Assembly (NCBI GenBank): GCA_964598205.1
Contig: CAZRBB010000001.1
Coordinates: 156,199-220,198, forward strand
Length of the DNA: 64,000 bases
Direction of reading: 5' to 3'
Origin: an uncultured Candidatus Saccharibacteria bacterium
Lineage (GTDB): Bacteria > Patescibacteriota > Minisyncoccia > CAIUEV01 > JAHKAQ01
Shown here in pieces: positions 7,874 to 17,886 of this stretch. The notes beneath the pieces were generated by a model. That model was given only the letters and a program-made list of their open reading frames with translations, was not told the origin of the DNA and did not search any database. The translations under genes were made by a program, and so were the position numbers. The first letter of the stretch is position 1. Each line of letters starts with the position of its first letter.

Positions 7874-9450
7874 TGGGAATGAATTATCTTATTAAAAACG
7901 GAACTATTGTTGATGGCACAGGAAAAATCCCTTATGAGGGAGATCTTTTGGTTGAGAACGGAAAGATTGCCGACCTTGGCGACCTAAAAGAGCAAGGTGA
8001 TTTTAAAGTAATTGATGGCGAAAATTTAGTAGTTTGCCCGGGATTTATAGATGTTAGTAATCATTCCGATGTTTACTGGACTCTCTTTGATTATCCTGTT
8101 CAAGAAAGTTTAATTACTCAGGGAATAACCACGATTATTGGGGGGAATTGTGGCACTTCTTTGGCTCCGCTTTTAAATGAAGAAGCGCTAAATTCTCTTC
8201 AAAAATATACCGAAATTAACAAGTCTCAAGTCCGTTGGGACTCTTTTGGTAGCCTAATGGAGTTTCTTTCCACTAGGAAATTTAATCCCAATTTTGCCAG
8301 CTTAGTAGGGCACTTAACGCTAAGACGGGCGATTGTGGGCGATGAAATGCGGCAACTTAGAAGTGATGAATTACAAATAATGGCCGAAGCCCTGGAAAGA
8401 TCCCTAGAAGAAGGAGCTTTAGGATTTTCTAGCGGATTGGTTTATAGCCATACCAGAATTGCTTCTGGAGAAGAAATAATTAAGATGGCAGAAATCACGG
8501 CAAAAGCTGGCAAAGTTTTTTCGATTCATCTAAGAGAAGAAGGAAGAGAAATTTTAAGCTCAGTAAGAGAAGCGCTGGCCATTGCCGAAGCCACCCAGGT
8601 TAAATTGCAAATTGCTCATTTAAAGGTTTGTGGTAGAAAAAATTGGCGACTACAAAAAGAAGTTCTGACTATTATCAATGAAGCTCGGAATTGGGGATTA
8701 GATGTTAGTTATGATGCTTATCCATACGCTTGGTCTGGGCCGGTTCTCTACACTCTTCTGCCTAAATGGGTTTCAGAGGGAGGTAAAGGACCACTTCTTT
8801 CCCGGATTAAAGATCCCCAAGAAAGGCATAGAGTTATTCAATCAATGCAAGAAAGTGGCTTTGACTATGGCGGTGTAATTGTGGCGACTTCTAATGTAGG
8901 GAAAAGTTTAGCCAATCACCGAGTAGCGGTTATTGCCAAAAATCAGGAAAGATCAATAGAAGAAGTATTTTTGGATTTGGTTTCTGTTTCCGAAAATCGG
9001 ATTACGGGATTGGTAGAAAATATTAATCAAAAGAATATAAAACAGTTGATTGCCGAAGAAGGTTCTTTTGTTTCTACTAATGGTGCTGGATACTCTTCTC
9101 GGCATTTAAAAGAAGGAGAGTTGGTTCATCCGCGTTGCTTTGGTGCTATGCCTTATTTTTTAAGAAGCTTTGTTTTTTCAGAAAAGATTCTTTCCCTAGA
9201 AGATGCTATTGCTAAAATAACCAGCGGTCCAGCCACTAAATATGGTCTTCTTCGTCATAAGGGGACCCTTGAAAAAGGCAAAGATGCTGATATAGTTGTT
9301 TTTGATCCTCGAAAAATTAAAGGCAAGGCGACCATTGATTCCCCTTTTGTTTATTCAGAGGGAATTAAAGAACTGTTCATTGGGGGGAATCAAGCAATAT
9401 CCAATTATAAAATTACTCAAGATAAATTAGGTCGTCCGCTTACTATTTAG
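7873..9450 (+). CDS. N-acyl-D-amino-acid deacylase (D-aminoacylase)-like amidohydrolase
   Basis: PGFID, QGITTIIGGNCG, HPRCFG, GKDADIVVFD; start probably ATG 7873 or 7879. Confidence 0.85.
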   Translation: MGMNYLIKNGTIVDGTGKIPYEGDLLVENGKIADLGDLKEQGDFKVIDGENLVVCPGFIDVSNHSDVYWTLFDYPVQESLITQGITTIIGGNCGTSLAPLLNEEALNSLQKYTEINKSQVRWDSFGSLMEFLSTRKFNPNFASLVGHLTLRRAIVGDEMRQLRSDELQIMAEALERSLEEGALGFSSGLVYSHTRIASGEEIIKMAEITAKAGKVFSIHLREEGREILSSVREALAIAEATQVKLQIAHLKVCGRKNWRLQKEVLTIINEARNWGLDVSYDAYPYAWSGPVLYTLLPKWVSEGGKGPLLSRIKDPQERHRVIQSMQESGFDYGGVIVATSNVGKSLANHRVAVIAKNQERSIEEVFLDLVSVSENRITGLVENINQKNIKQLIAEEGSFVSTNGAGYSSRHLKEGELVHPRCFGAMPYFLRSFVFSEKILSLEDAIAKITSGPATKYGLLRHKGTLEKGKDADIVVFDPRKIKGKATIDSPFVYSEGIKELFIGGNQAISNYKITQDKLGRPLTI

Positions 9451-9464
9451 AAAACCGTAAAGCT

Positions 9465-10874
9465 ATGCAAAAGAATTTTAAAGGAAAAAGAGTAACGATA
9501 ATGGGCCTGGGATTACAGGGAAGCGGAATAGCAGCGGTCAAGTTCTTTCACCGAGAAGGAGCCAAGATTACGGTCACCGATATCAAGACAAAAGAAAAAC
9601 TCAGTCCTTCTTTAGAAAAATTAAAGGATTTAAAAAATATTGAATATGTTTTAGGCCAGCACCGGCAGGAAGATTTTAGTCGTGCCGATTTAATAATTAA
9701 AGGTCCAGGCATTCCTTTTGATTCTAAATATCTAAAAATTGCCAGAAAAAATAAAGTTCCAATAGAAACAGAAGCCGGTGTTTTTTTTGATTTACTCTCC
9801 AATCCTTTAATTGGAATCACAGGGACTAGGGGGAAATCCACAACCTCGCAATTAATTTACGAAATTATAAAGCTTTCTGGTAGAAAAGTTTCCTTAGGAG
9901 GAAACATAAAAGATAAGCCCCTTTTAGCTCTTCTGGAGAATATTAAGAAAGATTCTTGGTTGGTAGCCGAACTTTCTAGTTTTCAATTAGAGAGTTTGGG
10001 TCCCAAAAGTCAAAGCCCTCACATTGCAGTCATGACCAATCTCTTGGAAGATCATTTAAATCGTTATGAAAACTTAGAAGCCTATCATGCCGCTAAAGAA
10101 GCAATTATTAGAAATCAAACAGAAGATGATTTTGCCGTTTTAAACTATAATGACAAGCGGGTACGAGTCTTGTCTGCTAAAACCAAAGCCCAAATTTGTT
10201 TTTTTTCACAGAACAGAATTACCGGTGGCCGCCGGGTTTTTGTTTCCGACCGTAAAATTTTTACAGCCAAAGGCCTAGAAGAAGAATTAGTTTTAGATTT
10301 AGACAGACTAAGTTTAATCGGTGGTCATCGAGTAGAAAGTGTTTTAGCGGCAGTAGCAGTTGCGGTGATTATGAAGATTGATTTTTCTGTTATAAAAAAA
10401 GCTGTTTACGGCTTTAAAGGGCTAGAGCACCGGTTAGAAGCAGTAAAAGAAGTGGCTGGTGTTCTTTATATTAACGACACAACAGCGACCACGCCTCAGG
10501 CGGCCGCTAAGGCGATCGCTTCTTTTGGGGAGCCAACTATTCTAATTGCCGGCGGTGCAGATAAAGGCTTGGATTTTAGCCCCCTGGTTGATTCAATAAT
10601 TGGCTCGTCCAATCTAAAAAAAATAATCTTGTTAAAAGGAGATGGAACTATACGATTAGAAAATATGTTTAAAAAAATGGCACCAGCTGATTTCCTCCTC
10701 TCATTATTTTTAAAAAGGGATTGTGATTCATTAGAAGAAGCTTTAATCCTGGCTCAAAAGGTTGCCGTGGCTGGAGATGTAGTGCTTCTTTCGCCGGGGT
10801 GCTCCAGTTTTGGAATGTTCGAAAATGAGTTTGCCCGAGGGGATATTTTTAAAGAGTTAGTTAATTCTTTTTAA
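9465..10874 (+). CDS. murD: UDP-N-acetylmuramoyl-L-alanine--D-glutamate ligase
   Basis: GITGTRGKSTT, ELSSFQL, DHLNRY, HRLE, LLSPGCSS motifs. Confidence 0.96.
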   Translation: MQKNFKGKRVTIMGLGLQGSGIAAVKFFHREGAKITVTDIKTKEKLSPSLEKLKDLKNIEYVLGQHRQEDFSRADLIIKGPGIPFDSKYLKIARKNKVPIETEAGVFFDLLSNPLIGITGTRGKSTTSQLIYEIIKLSGRKVSLGGNIKDKPLLALLENIKKDSWLVAELSSFQLESLGPKSQSPHIAVMTNLLEDHLNRYENLEAYHAAKEAIIRNQTEDDFAVLNYNDKRVRVLSAKTKAQICFFSQNRITGGRRVFVSDRKIFTAKGLEEELVLDLDRLSLIGGHRVESVLAAVAVAVIMKIDFSVIKKAVYGFKGLEHRLEAVKEVAGVLYINDTTATTPQAAAKAIASFGEPTILIAGGADKGLDFSPLVDSIIGSSNLKKIILLKGDGTIRLENMFKKMAPADFLLSLFLKRDCDSLEEALILAQKVAVAGDVVLLSPGCSSFGMFENEFARGDIFKELVNSF

Positions 10875-10918
10875 TTTTATTTGGTTCTCTTTTAATAATT
10901 TTTCTCCAAAATAAGTTT

Positions 10919-12457
10919 ATGTTTTGGAGAAATTTTTTTATTATAGCCAACTCGGCTTTTTTAGTCGGTCTTCTGAGTTGTTTTTTAATTGGCGGGGAAT
11001 TAGGTTTAAAAAAAGAAACTCTTTTTCTTTGGGCTGTTCTTTTGGTTTTTGTTTTTCTTTTTTTTAAAAAAAGAAAAAAAGTAAGAGTCATTATTTTTTT
11101 CTTGTTCTTTTTTGTAGTAGGTTTTAGTCGCTTGTTTTGGGCGGAATCTTTTTTTAATCAAGGCGAATTACTGAATTTTAACAATCAGGAAGTTATTGGT
11201 TTTGGTTCCCTAGGAGAATGCCAAAGAAAAGCTCCAGGAATGGAAGAATGTTTTCTTTCTGATCTGGAAATAAACAAAATTGGTCAAAAAGAAAACATTG
11301 ACCTGGGGAGAAACAAACATTTATTGGTTCTTTTTTACAACAGAGAAAAAGAAATCGGCGAAGATGAATTTTTTAGAGTGGGTTTTCGTGGGCAGTTGGT
11401 GATTCCAGAGGATTTTGGTCGCTCTCTTTCTGGTGCCGAGCGAACCAGTTTATTCAAAAGACAAGCAGTAGGTATTCTAAAAAATCATCGTTTTGATTTT
11501 TTATATCCCGAAAAAAAAGAATTCAGCCTTAATCATTTCTTTTCAATCCTAAGAGAGAAGGTTTTTAATTCTTCTCGCCAATTTTGGGAAGATGATAATT
11601 TAGGATTGGCCTTGGCTTTTTTAACTGGAGACAAAAGCCAGCTTTCCTTGGAGCTTAAAAAAATAATTAATTGTCTAGGATTAGCTCATTTAATTGCAGT
11701 TTCGGGAATGCAATTTACATCTCTTGGCTTTCTGTTAGAAGCTGGGCTTTTTTTTCTTAATTTTCCTCACAAAGTGCGTTTCTACTTAATAATGGCTGTC
11801 CTTTTATTTTTTCTTCTTTTTATTGGTGCACCAGCCGCTGCCAGCCGTGCTTTTTTAATGGATTTTTTAAATAGATTGGCGGTGCGTTGTGGTAGAAAAA
11901 TTACTTTTTGGGCTTCTTTTCTGTTCTCTGCCAGCCTTCTCTTGTTATTTAATCCTTGGAGTCTATTTTATGATCTGGGATTTTTGTTTTCTTTTTTTGC
12001 TATTTGGGGTTTATATTTTTTTGGCGATTTTTTTAGAATCCAATCTTTACCAACGGCCTTACAAGAAAGTTTGGCTCTTAATTTGGCCGCTCAAACAGCG
12101 ACCGCCCCATTGGCTCTTTTCTATTTTCCTTACTTTTCTCCGTTGAGCGTGGTTGTTAATCTCCTGGTCGGTTGGTTGGCAATTCCCCTGATCGTTCTTT
12201 CTTTTGGCGCTCTTCTTTTAGCTCCTTTATTTCTCCCTTTAGCAGAACTGCTTTCTTCTTGTGCTACCTGTTTAGTTTTTTATTTTGTTTTGATTTTAGA
12301 AAAAATAAAATCAATTTCTTGGTCCTGTCTTTCCCTAGAAAATAACATGTTTTGGGCTGGAGTGTTTTTTGCGGTAGTAGCACTCCTAGCCTTTGGTTTA
12401 AAAATTTTTAATTTAAAAGAAAAAAATGAAAAAGATCGGTTTTTTAGTGTTGGCTAA
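10919..12457 (+). CDS. comEC: ComEC/Rec2 competence channel (membrane part)
   Basis: GLAHLIAVSG, RAFLM, NPW..DLGF.FSF; many TM segments. Confidence 0.88.
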   Translation: MFWRNFFIIANSAFLVGLLSCFLIGGELGLKKETLFLWAVLLVFVFLFFKKRKKVRVIIFFLFFFVVGFSRLFWAESFFNQGELLNFNNQEVIGFGSLGECQRKAPGMEECFLSDLEINKIGQKENIDLGRNKHLLVLFYNREKEIGEDEFFRVGFRGQLVIPEDFGRSLSGAERTSLFKRQAVGILKNHRFDFLYPEKKEFSLNHFFSILREKVFNSSRQFWEDDNLGLALAFLTGDKSQLSLELKKIINCLGLAHLIAVSGMQFTSLGFLLEAGLFFLNFPHKVRFYLIMAVLLFFLLFIGAPAAASRAFLMDFLNRLAVRCGRKITFWASFLFSASLLLLFNPWSLFYDLGFLFSFFAIWGLYFFGDFFRIQSLPTALQESLALNLAAQTATAPLALFYFPYFSPLSVVVNLLVGWLAIPLIVLSFGALLLAPLFLPLAELLSSCATCLVFYFVLILEKIKSISWSCLSLENNMFWAGVFFAVVALLAFGLKIFNLKEKNEKDRFFSVG

Positions 12458-13292
12458 TTTATTTTTAGCTTTTTATTCTTCTTATTATTTTTATTGGGGA
12501 AGCCATCTTAATGTTCTTCCAATAGAACCAACAATCACTGCGTTTAATATTGGCCAAGGCGATGCGCTTTTTGTTCCTATTCCCAAAACTTCTATTCAGA
12601 TATTAATAGATGGTGGTCCTCCCAACAAAAATCTAATCGAAAAAATAAAAAAGGAAATGCCAAGAGGGGATAAAACCATTGATTTAGTTTTTCTTACTCA
12701 TTGTCATGAAGATCATTTAGGAGGATTGGGAGAAGTTTTAGATAATTTTAAAGTTGGTCTTTGGGTAGAAACGGGGGCAGTCTGTGAAAATAATCTTTAT
12801 AAAGACTTGGAATCAAAAATTAATTCCCAAAAAATACCTCGTCTTTACTCGGCGCGTGGGCAAAAAATAAAAATTGGCAACTTCTTTTTGGCAGAAGTTG
12901 TACATCCTTTCTTTTCGGTTGGAGCAGAGTATAAAAACGAAAATGAAGCTTCGCTGTCCCTGCTTTTGGATTACGCCGGGAAAGTGGTTTTTTTGTCGGG
13001 TGATTTAGAAAACAAAGGCGAACAAGTACTTTTAAACTATTTAGAAAGCAAACCAGAAATCAAAGAAAAATTAAAAAATACTTCCATGCTAAAAGCTAAT
13101 CACCATGGAAGTAGCGGTTCTAACTCCAAAGAATTTTTTTCTTTATTTCCTAGTGGAACTAACATTCTAATTTCTTCTGGAAAGGAAAATAAATTTGGTC
13201 ACCCCGGAGAAGAGGCGATTAAAAGAATGAAAGACAAAGAGTTTAAAATTAAGCGTACAGACCAAGACGGAGAAATAACCTTACTTTTTTAG
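12426..13292 (+). CDS. ComEC-type metallo-beta-lactamase domain encoded as a separate gene
   Basis: IGQGD, IDGG, THCHEDH, HHGS, FGHP, RTD.DG motifs; overlaps the comEC stop. Confidence 0.88.
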   Translation: MKKIGFLVLANLFLAFYSSYYFYWGSHLNVLPIEPTITAFNIGQGDALFVPIPKTSIQILIDGGPPNKNLIEKIKKEMPRGDKTIDLVFLTHCHEDHLGGLGEVLDNFKVGLWVETGAVCENNLYKDLESKINSQKIPRLYSARGQKIKIGNFFLAEVVHPFFSVGAEYKNENEASLSLLLDYAGKVVFLSGDLENKGEQVLLNYLESKPEIKEKLKNTSMLKANHHGSSGSNSKEFFSLFPSGTNILISSGKENKFGHPGEEAIKRMKDKEFKIKRTDQDGEITLLF

Positions 13293-13300
13293 TAAAAAAT

Positions 13301-13567
13301 TTAATGAAAAAGTTTCCCCCAAAAAGAACCACCACCGCTAGAGCGGTCGATTCTCTTTAATTCGCTGGAATTCATCTGTAAAAGATCTCTAGAAGAAACA
13401 GGTTTTTGATCTTCTTGCTGAACTTTTTTTTCATAACTAGAATATTCTCTAGCTGCTTCTCTGGCTTTGCTATTTATTTCTCCCAAGGACATTCTTTGTT
13501 CGGGATCCAAGTTCCGATTTTCTTGACTAAATTTTCTTCTAAAATCTGATTCTGCTCCAGAAGCCAT
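13301..13567 (-). CDS. Small hypothetical protein with C-terminal amphipathic tail (SFWGKLFH)
   Basis: 88-aa ORF with ATG filling the gap; no family recognised. Confidence 0.6.
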   Translation of the reverse strand: MASGAESDFRRKFSQENRNLDPEQRMSLGEINSKAREAAREYSSYEKKVQQEDQKPVSSRDLLQMNSSELKRIDRSSGGGSFWGKLFH

Positions 13568-13654
13568 TTTTTTATTTTAATAATAAATTAAGTAACCGTA
13601 ATTATATTATATTTTTAGGTTTTTAAAAACGCTGGTCAAAGGTTACAAGCTGGT

Positions 13655-15025
13655 TTACTTCTTTTGATTCAAGGCTTCCTTAAAAATAGTAACTACTTCC
13701 CTAAATCCTTCCTTGTCTTCACTGCCAGCGGCAATTCGGAATAATTTTTCTCCCAATGGTAAGATCCAAGTTTCCGGATGACCAAAGCTTCCGCCAATTT
13801 TAATTTTTCCTTGACCTTTTTCATAGACTCTCCGGACCAATTCTTCGCTAGTCATTTCTTTTAGCTCAGCATAAAATAAAGACACAATTCCTTGAGGAGA
13901 AAATTTATCTGCCAATTCCTTATCGGGATGACCAGGGAGGTTGGGATGGTAGACTCCTTCCATTTGCTCTGATGCAACTAGTTCTGTTGCCAATACTAGA
14001 GCGTTCTCGGCGTGGCGAGTCATTTTTTCTTTCATTTGCGCCAAAGAAGATTCAGGGACTTTTTTAAGACTAGAAGGTTGTAGGTAAGCACCAATCAGCG
14101 TTCTTGTTTTTCTTATCGCTTCTATTTTTTTAGGGTTATTAGAATAAGCAACTCCTAGGGTAACTTTGTCTTCTCCTTGTTGGTAATGCTTGGTTCCGCT
14201 TTCCACAACTACAACATCTGTGGCGGAATCCTGAGGGATATTTTTAAATATATTTAAAAGTTCAGGAGAGGGGAGAGTGTTGTCTATAATTAAGCTTAGC
14301 TTTTTTCGCGCGGCGCCGTTGATATACCCAACAATATCGACTAGGTCACCAATAATTTCTTTTCGGTCCAAACTGGATCCTTTCTTCATTTCTCTAACCG
14401 CCTCCCTAAAGCAGAAATAATTATTTGTTTTATTAAAGGTGGTAATGGAACTTAAAATTTCTTGTTTTGCTTCTTCATCTAAACTTGAATATCTTTCCCT
14501 AAATCTAGTAGCAATTCTTTTGTCTAAAAGTTTTGCCGGGGTTCTTTCCTGGTATTGTTCGTTGATTTGGTCAGTGAATTTAATAACCGATTCTATGTCT
14601 GTCACTCTCATTTCTGGACTGTTTGCCACGCTTTCAAAAAAAATAGAACGGGGAGAATTTTGTTGGGCCAATTCTTCTAAAGCCTTGGTATTTCCAGGTT
14701 TAAAAGTAACAACCTTTATTCCTCTTTTTTTTAAATCCAAAAACAAGTCACCTGTGCAATCGTAAACACCAGTACTTACCAAGATTGTTTCTCCGGGTCT
14801 TAATCCTTCAGCTTCCGTGGCGGTGTGAATTGCGGCCATCCCAGAGTTGGTAACTGCTACTTCTGGTACGCCTATTTTTTCGGCTAGCTGACCTTCCCAG
14901 GCTCGTTCTTCTTGGTAGCCGTATCTAGCATAAGCATCGGTTTCGCGGAGTTTGCCGGCCATAAAAAGAGCTCCCTGATCCTTGATTGATTCCGGAGTGT
15001 GCGGGGTAGTTATTTTTTCGTACAT
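13655..15025 (-). CDS. PLP-dependent Cys/Met metabolism enzyme (cystathionine gamma-synthase/lyase family) with internal insertion
   Basis: YARYG, SGMAAI, IDNT, ESGTKHY (PLP lysine), SFG, RIAAGSE. Confidence 0.8.
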   Translation of the reverse strand: MYEKITTPHTPESIKDQGALFMAGKLRETDAYARYGYQEERAWEGQLAEKIGVPEVAVTNSGMAAIHTATEAEGLRPGETILVSTGVYDCTGDLFLDLKKRGIKVVTFKPGNTKALEELAQQNSPRSIFFESVANSPEMRVTDIESVIKFTDQINEQYQERTPAKLLDKRIATRFRERYSSLDEEAKQEILSSITTFNKTNNYFCFREAVREMKKGSSLDRKEIIGDLVDIVGYINGAARKKLSLIIDNTLPSPELLNIFKNIPQDSATDVVVVESGTKHYQQGEDKVTLGVAYSNNPKKIEAIRKTRTLIGAYLQPSSLKKVPESSLAQMKEKMTRHAENALVLATELVASEQMEGVYHPNLPGHPDKELADKFSPQGIVSLFYAELKEMTSEELVRRVYEKGQGKIKIGGSFGHPETWILPLGEKLFRIAAGSEDKEGFREVVTIFKEALNQKK

Positions 15026-15070
15026 AAAAAAAGTCTATTTATTTTTAATTTTTAAAAACGATTCTTGTAG

Positions 15071-15289
15071 TTATTCTACGCTAAACACCTTGTTCCGAGA
15101 AGTAGCACCAGCCAAAATACTGATTCTTCCAGGAGCAATTCCTAAGTGATTGGCCAAAAGGGTAATTGCTTTTTGATTAGCCTTGCCTTTTTCTGGTGGT
15201 ATCGAGACTCGGATTTCGTAATGGCCAGGGGTAATTTCTTTAATAGAATTTTCTTTGGCTTTGATTTTTATTTTGGCAAAAATTTGCAT
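15071..15289 (-). CDS. DUF167/YggU family protein
   Basis: PPEKGKAN and GATSRNK motifs; start taken at ATG 15289. Confidence 0.85.
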   Translation of the reverse strand: MQIFAKIKIKAKENSIKEITPGHYEIRVSIPPEKGKANQKAITLLANHLGIAPGRISILAGATSRNKVFSVE

Positions 15290-15368
15290 ATTAAAAAATT
15301 GAATCAATTGTGTTAATTTCTTGGCAATAAATTTATTTTAAAATTCCGTAATTACAAAAATAATCTTA

Positions 15369-15408
15369 ATTTAGACGAGCGAAATTGGGAAATAACGCTC
15401 GTCTAAAT
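15369..15408. terminator. Hairpin with 13-bp arms just after the YrbL-like gene (terminator or palindromic element)
   Basis: atttagacgagcg-N14-cgctcgtctaaat. Confidence 0.5.
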
Positions 15409-15417
15409 ATAAGCCAG

Positions 15418-16029
15418 TCACGGCCTACCTTTTTGGTAAGTCGCTCTAAATCTTTCCAGTCGCCGGCAGAATTTTTTCTGCTGCTCTTTTTGGCTAAAAA
15501 GTAACGGCTGAAAGGGGTAGGTGGAACGGCCCATCCGCTTTACATCGGTCAGGACTGGTCGCCACTCTTGAGGGGAAATTTTGCGAACTAGAATATTGTT
15601 CCCCCGATAAAAAACATCCAGTAAAAACAATTGCCGCACCAAAAGGATCTCCACGATTTTATTAACATGGATCCAAAAAGCAACATTAGAGACACTGCCC
15701 ATTTCTCCTACTGTCTGAGAATAGGCACCGTCATAATCGCGTGGTCGCTCCATTATTAATAAATCTTCTTTCATCTGGAGATTTCTAGGAAAATAATCAT
15801 GAAGCTCTTTAGGTAGGCTTTTAAAAATCTTGTATTCCCATTGGTTGAAATCGCAAATTCCAAATTTTAACCGAGTATAGAGAGTTGATGAAAAGTAAAT
15901 GTTAATCTTTCCCCAATAACTCTTAGTTATTTTTTTCTTAAGACTTTTAGCACAGAGATTAGTATTTAATACTTCCCAGCATTCTCTGTAGCCGCCCTCG
16001 CCAATTTTTTCCCCAATATTTAAAGCCAT
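15418..16029 (-). CDS. YrbL-like atypical protein kinase-fold protein
   Basis: IGEGGYRECW Gly-loop, CAK lysine, D..x..NIL catalytic-loop-like segment, LTD. Confidence 0.6.
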   Translation of the reverse strand: MALNIGEKIGEGGYRECWEVLNTNLCAKSLKKKITKSYWGKINIYFSSTLYTRLKFGICDFNQWEYKIFKSLPKELHDYFPRNLQMKEDLLIMERPRDYDGAYSQTVGEMGSVSNVAFWIHVNKIVEILLVRQLFLLDVFYRGNNILVRKISPQEWRPVLTDVKRMGRSTYPFQPLLFSQKEQQKKFCRRLERFRATYQKGRP

Positions 16030-16213
16030 TTTACCTTCCTCCGATTTAAGTAGACTTGGCTGTTTTGTTGTAAAATGATAAGGAGCTAGCGAACGGGTAA
16101 TTCTAATCCAGCTATAAAAAAAAGAGAAGAGGAGATTCTTAAATATTCAGATTAGATCACGCTTTTAATGTTATAATCGATCAAATAAGGTTCGCTAATT
16201 TGGTCTAAAAAAA

Positions 16214-16528
16214 ATGGATAACAAATTAAAAATTTCCGATTTTCAAAAAATGGTTTACGCAGCTACTCAAAAAATTCCCAAAGGAAAAGTGGCAACTTAT
16301 GGCTGGGTGGCGCGGGCTATCGGATTTCCGAACGCAACGCGTGCGATCGGAAACGCCTTAAACAAAAATCCTTTTGCGCCCCGAGTGCCTTGCCATCGGG
16401 TAATAAAAAGTAATGGATCGGTCGGTGGTTTTGCCGATGGCACCAGAAAGAAAATCGAATTACTAAAGAAAGAGGGGATAGTGATTAAAGACGGAAGGGT
16501 ATCTAACGGGAAATATTTTTTAATGTAA
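16214..16528 (+). CDS. Methylated-DNA--protein-cysteine methyltransferase (single-domain MGMT)
   Basis: IPKGKVATYG, RAIG and PCHRV active-site motif. Confidence 0.92.
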   Translation: MDNKLKISDFQKMVYAATQKIPKGKVATYGWVARAIGFPNATRAIGNALNKNPFAPRVPCHRVIKSNGSVGGFADGTRKKIELLKKEGIVIKDGRVSNGKYFLM

Positions 16529-16603
16529 TAAATTATTAAGTAATGTTTTTCTTGCTAGGGTTTTAAAATGGATAAACCAACAGACAAATCTTTTCCTCTT
16601 CTC

Positions 16604-17221
16604 TTATTTCTTTCCAATCTTAAATCTTGGCTTTCTTAAAACAAAAAATAAACTAACCGCCGAAAGCGCCCCCAAGGTGTCGGCTAGCATGTCTTTTTGA
16701 GCGTCCCAAATATCACCCTGACTGCCTAGATAGGCAATTCCTGCTTCTGGATTAGCCACTGCCGCGTAAATCCATTCAATTAATTCATAGGTCATAGCAA
16801 CGGTAGCAATTACAAAAACCGGATAAGTAAAAAGCAAAAAACGATTGCCAACTAATCTTCCTCGCCAAATCCATTCAGCAATTAAGAAAGCATAAAAACC
16901 CACAGAAAAATGGGCCAGTCGGTCAAAATGATTCCGGCTAAAACCAAAAAAATCAGTTATCCAGCTAAAGGGCACCAAGGCAAAGGTATAATGACCGCCA
17001 ATGGTATGGAGATAAATTAAAACGCTCGCCAAAATATAAGCCGTGTTAGAAAATCTAATTCCTTTTAAATAAAAACCAATAATCACTGCCAATATAATCC
17101 AAACAGTCAGGTTTTCTACAAACCAAGTTGGTCGATCAATGGGATTAAAAGCTAAAATAGTAAACAAAAACAAATAGCCAAGGAGCAAATAAATTGGCAA
17201 CTTTTCTTTTGGTTTTTCCAT
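16604..17221 (-). CDS. DUF2238 family membrane protein
   Basis: W.VEN, GGHYT, RNHFDRLAHF, YELIEW, GSQGDIWDAQKDM. Confidence 0.88.
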   Translation of the reverse strand: MEKPKEKLPIYLLLGYLFLFTILAFNPIDRPTWFVENLTVWIILAVIIGFYLKGIRFSNTAYILASVLIYLHTIGGHYTFALVPFSWITDFFGFSRNHFDRLAHFSVGFYAFLIAEWIWRGRLVGNRFLLFTYPVFVIATVAMTYELIEWIYAAVANPEAGIAYLGSQGDIWDAQKDMLADTLGALSAVSLFFVLRKPRFKIGKK

Positions 17222-17263
17222 TTGGTTTTTTATTATTTAGGCGAATTGATTATTTCAATAAAT

Positions 17264-17861
17264 TTATTTCCCAATATAAACTTCAATTTCTGATTTTATT
17301 TTTAGAAATAACTTAACATGTCCTTGGGTATTGGGGTGTAGTCCGTCATCCAAGTCTTCATCTCCTAAAAGACTATTTACGGAAATGAATTTTAATTTTT
17401 TTTCTAAGCAGAAAATTTCAATGATTTGTTCTAACCGTTTTATATTTTTATTGAAATAACTTTTATCTGGGCTCCAAGGAATCGGCTTTGTCTTTGATTC
17501 ATTGACCATGGTTGGTCCTACAAAAATTATTTTGGGAGTAAATTTTTTAGCGACCGTGTAAATTCTTTTTAAGTTTTTCTTAAAATCATCGTCCGAAATT
17601 CTATTACTGTTGGTTGAATGAATAAATTGGGCGTCGTTTATTCCAATTGCCAAAACAATAATTTCTGGTTCTCTAGCCCTGGCTTCAACTTCTAGGTGGT
17701 CGAGTAATCCAACGGTATCGTCACCAGGAATTCCCAAGTTGTAAATTTCAGAATCCCTATCTTTTTCTTCAAAATAATTTCGCAGACGGTTAGCCCAGCC
17801 ACCGACTCCGGGATCATAAAATCCCCAAGCAATGCTGTCGCCCAAAAATACAGATATTCAT
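17264..17861 (-). pseudogene. SGNH/GDSL hydrolase with a +1 frameshift at codon 7 (pseudogene or sequence error)
   Basis: ATG 17861 gives MNICIFG; GDSI continues in another frame (TTT GGG C GAC AGC). GIND and DGLHP motifs intact. Confidence 0.7.
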
Positions 17862-17886
17862 CAGTTTAAAATTATTATCTCTAACC

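Noticed and set aside
10919-13292. Split comEC as a frameshifted pseudogene
   Set aside because: The second ORF has its own ATG and N-terminal TM anchor with intact MBL motifs; two-gene ComEC is a known arrangement.
14290-14590. Intein within the PLP enzyme
   Set aside because: No Cys/Ser start, His-Asn end or homing-endonuclease motif.
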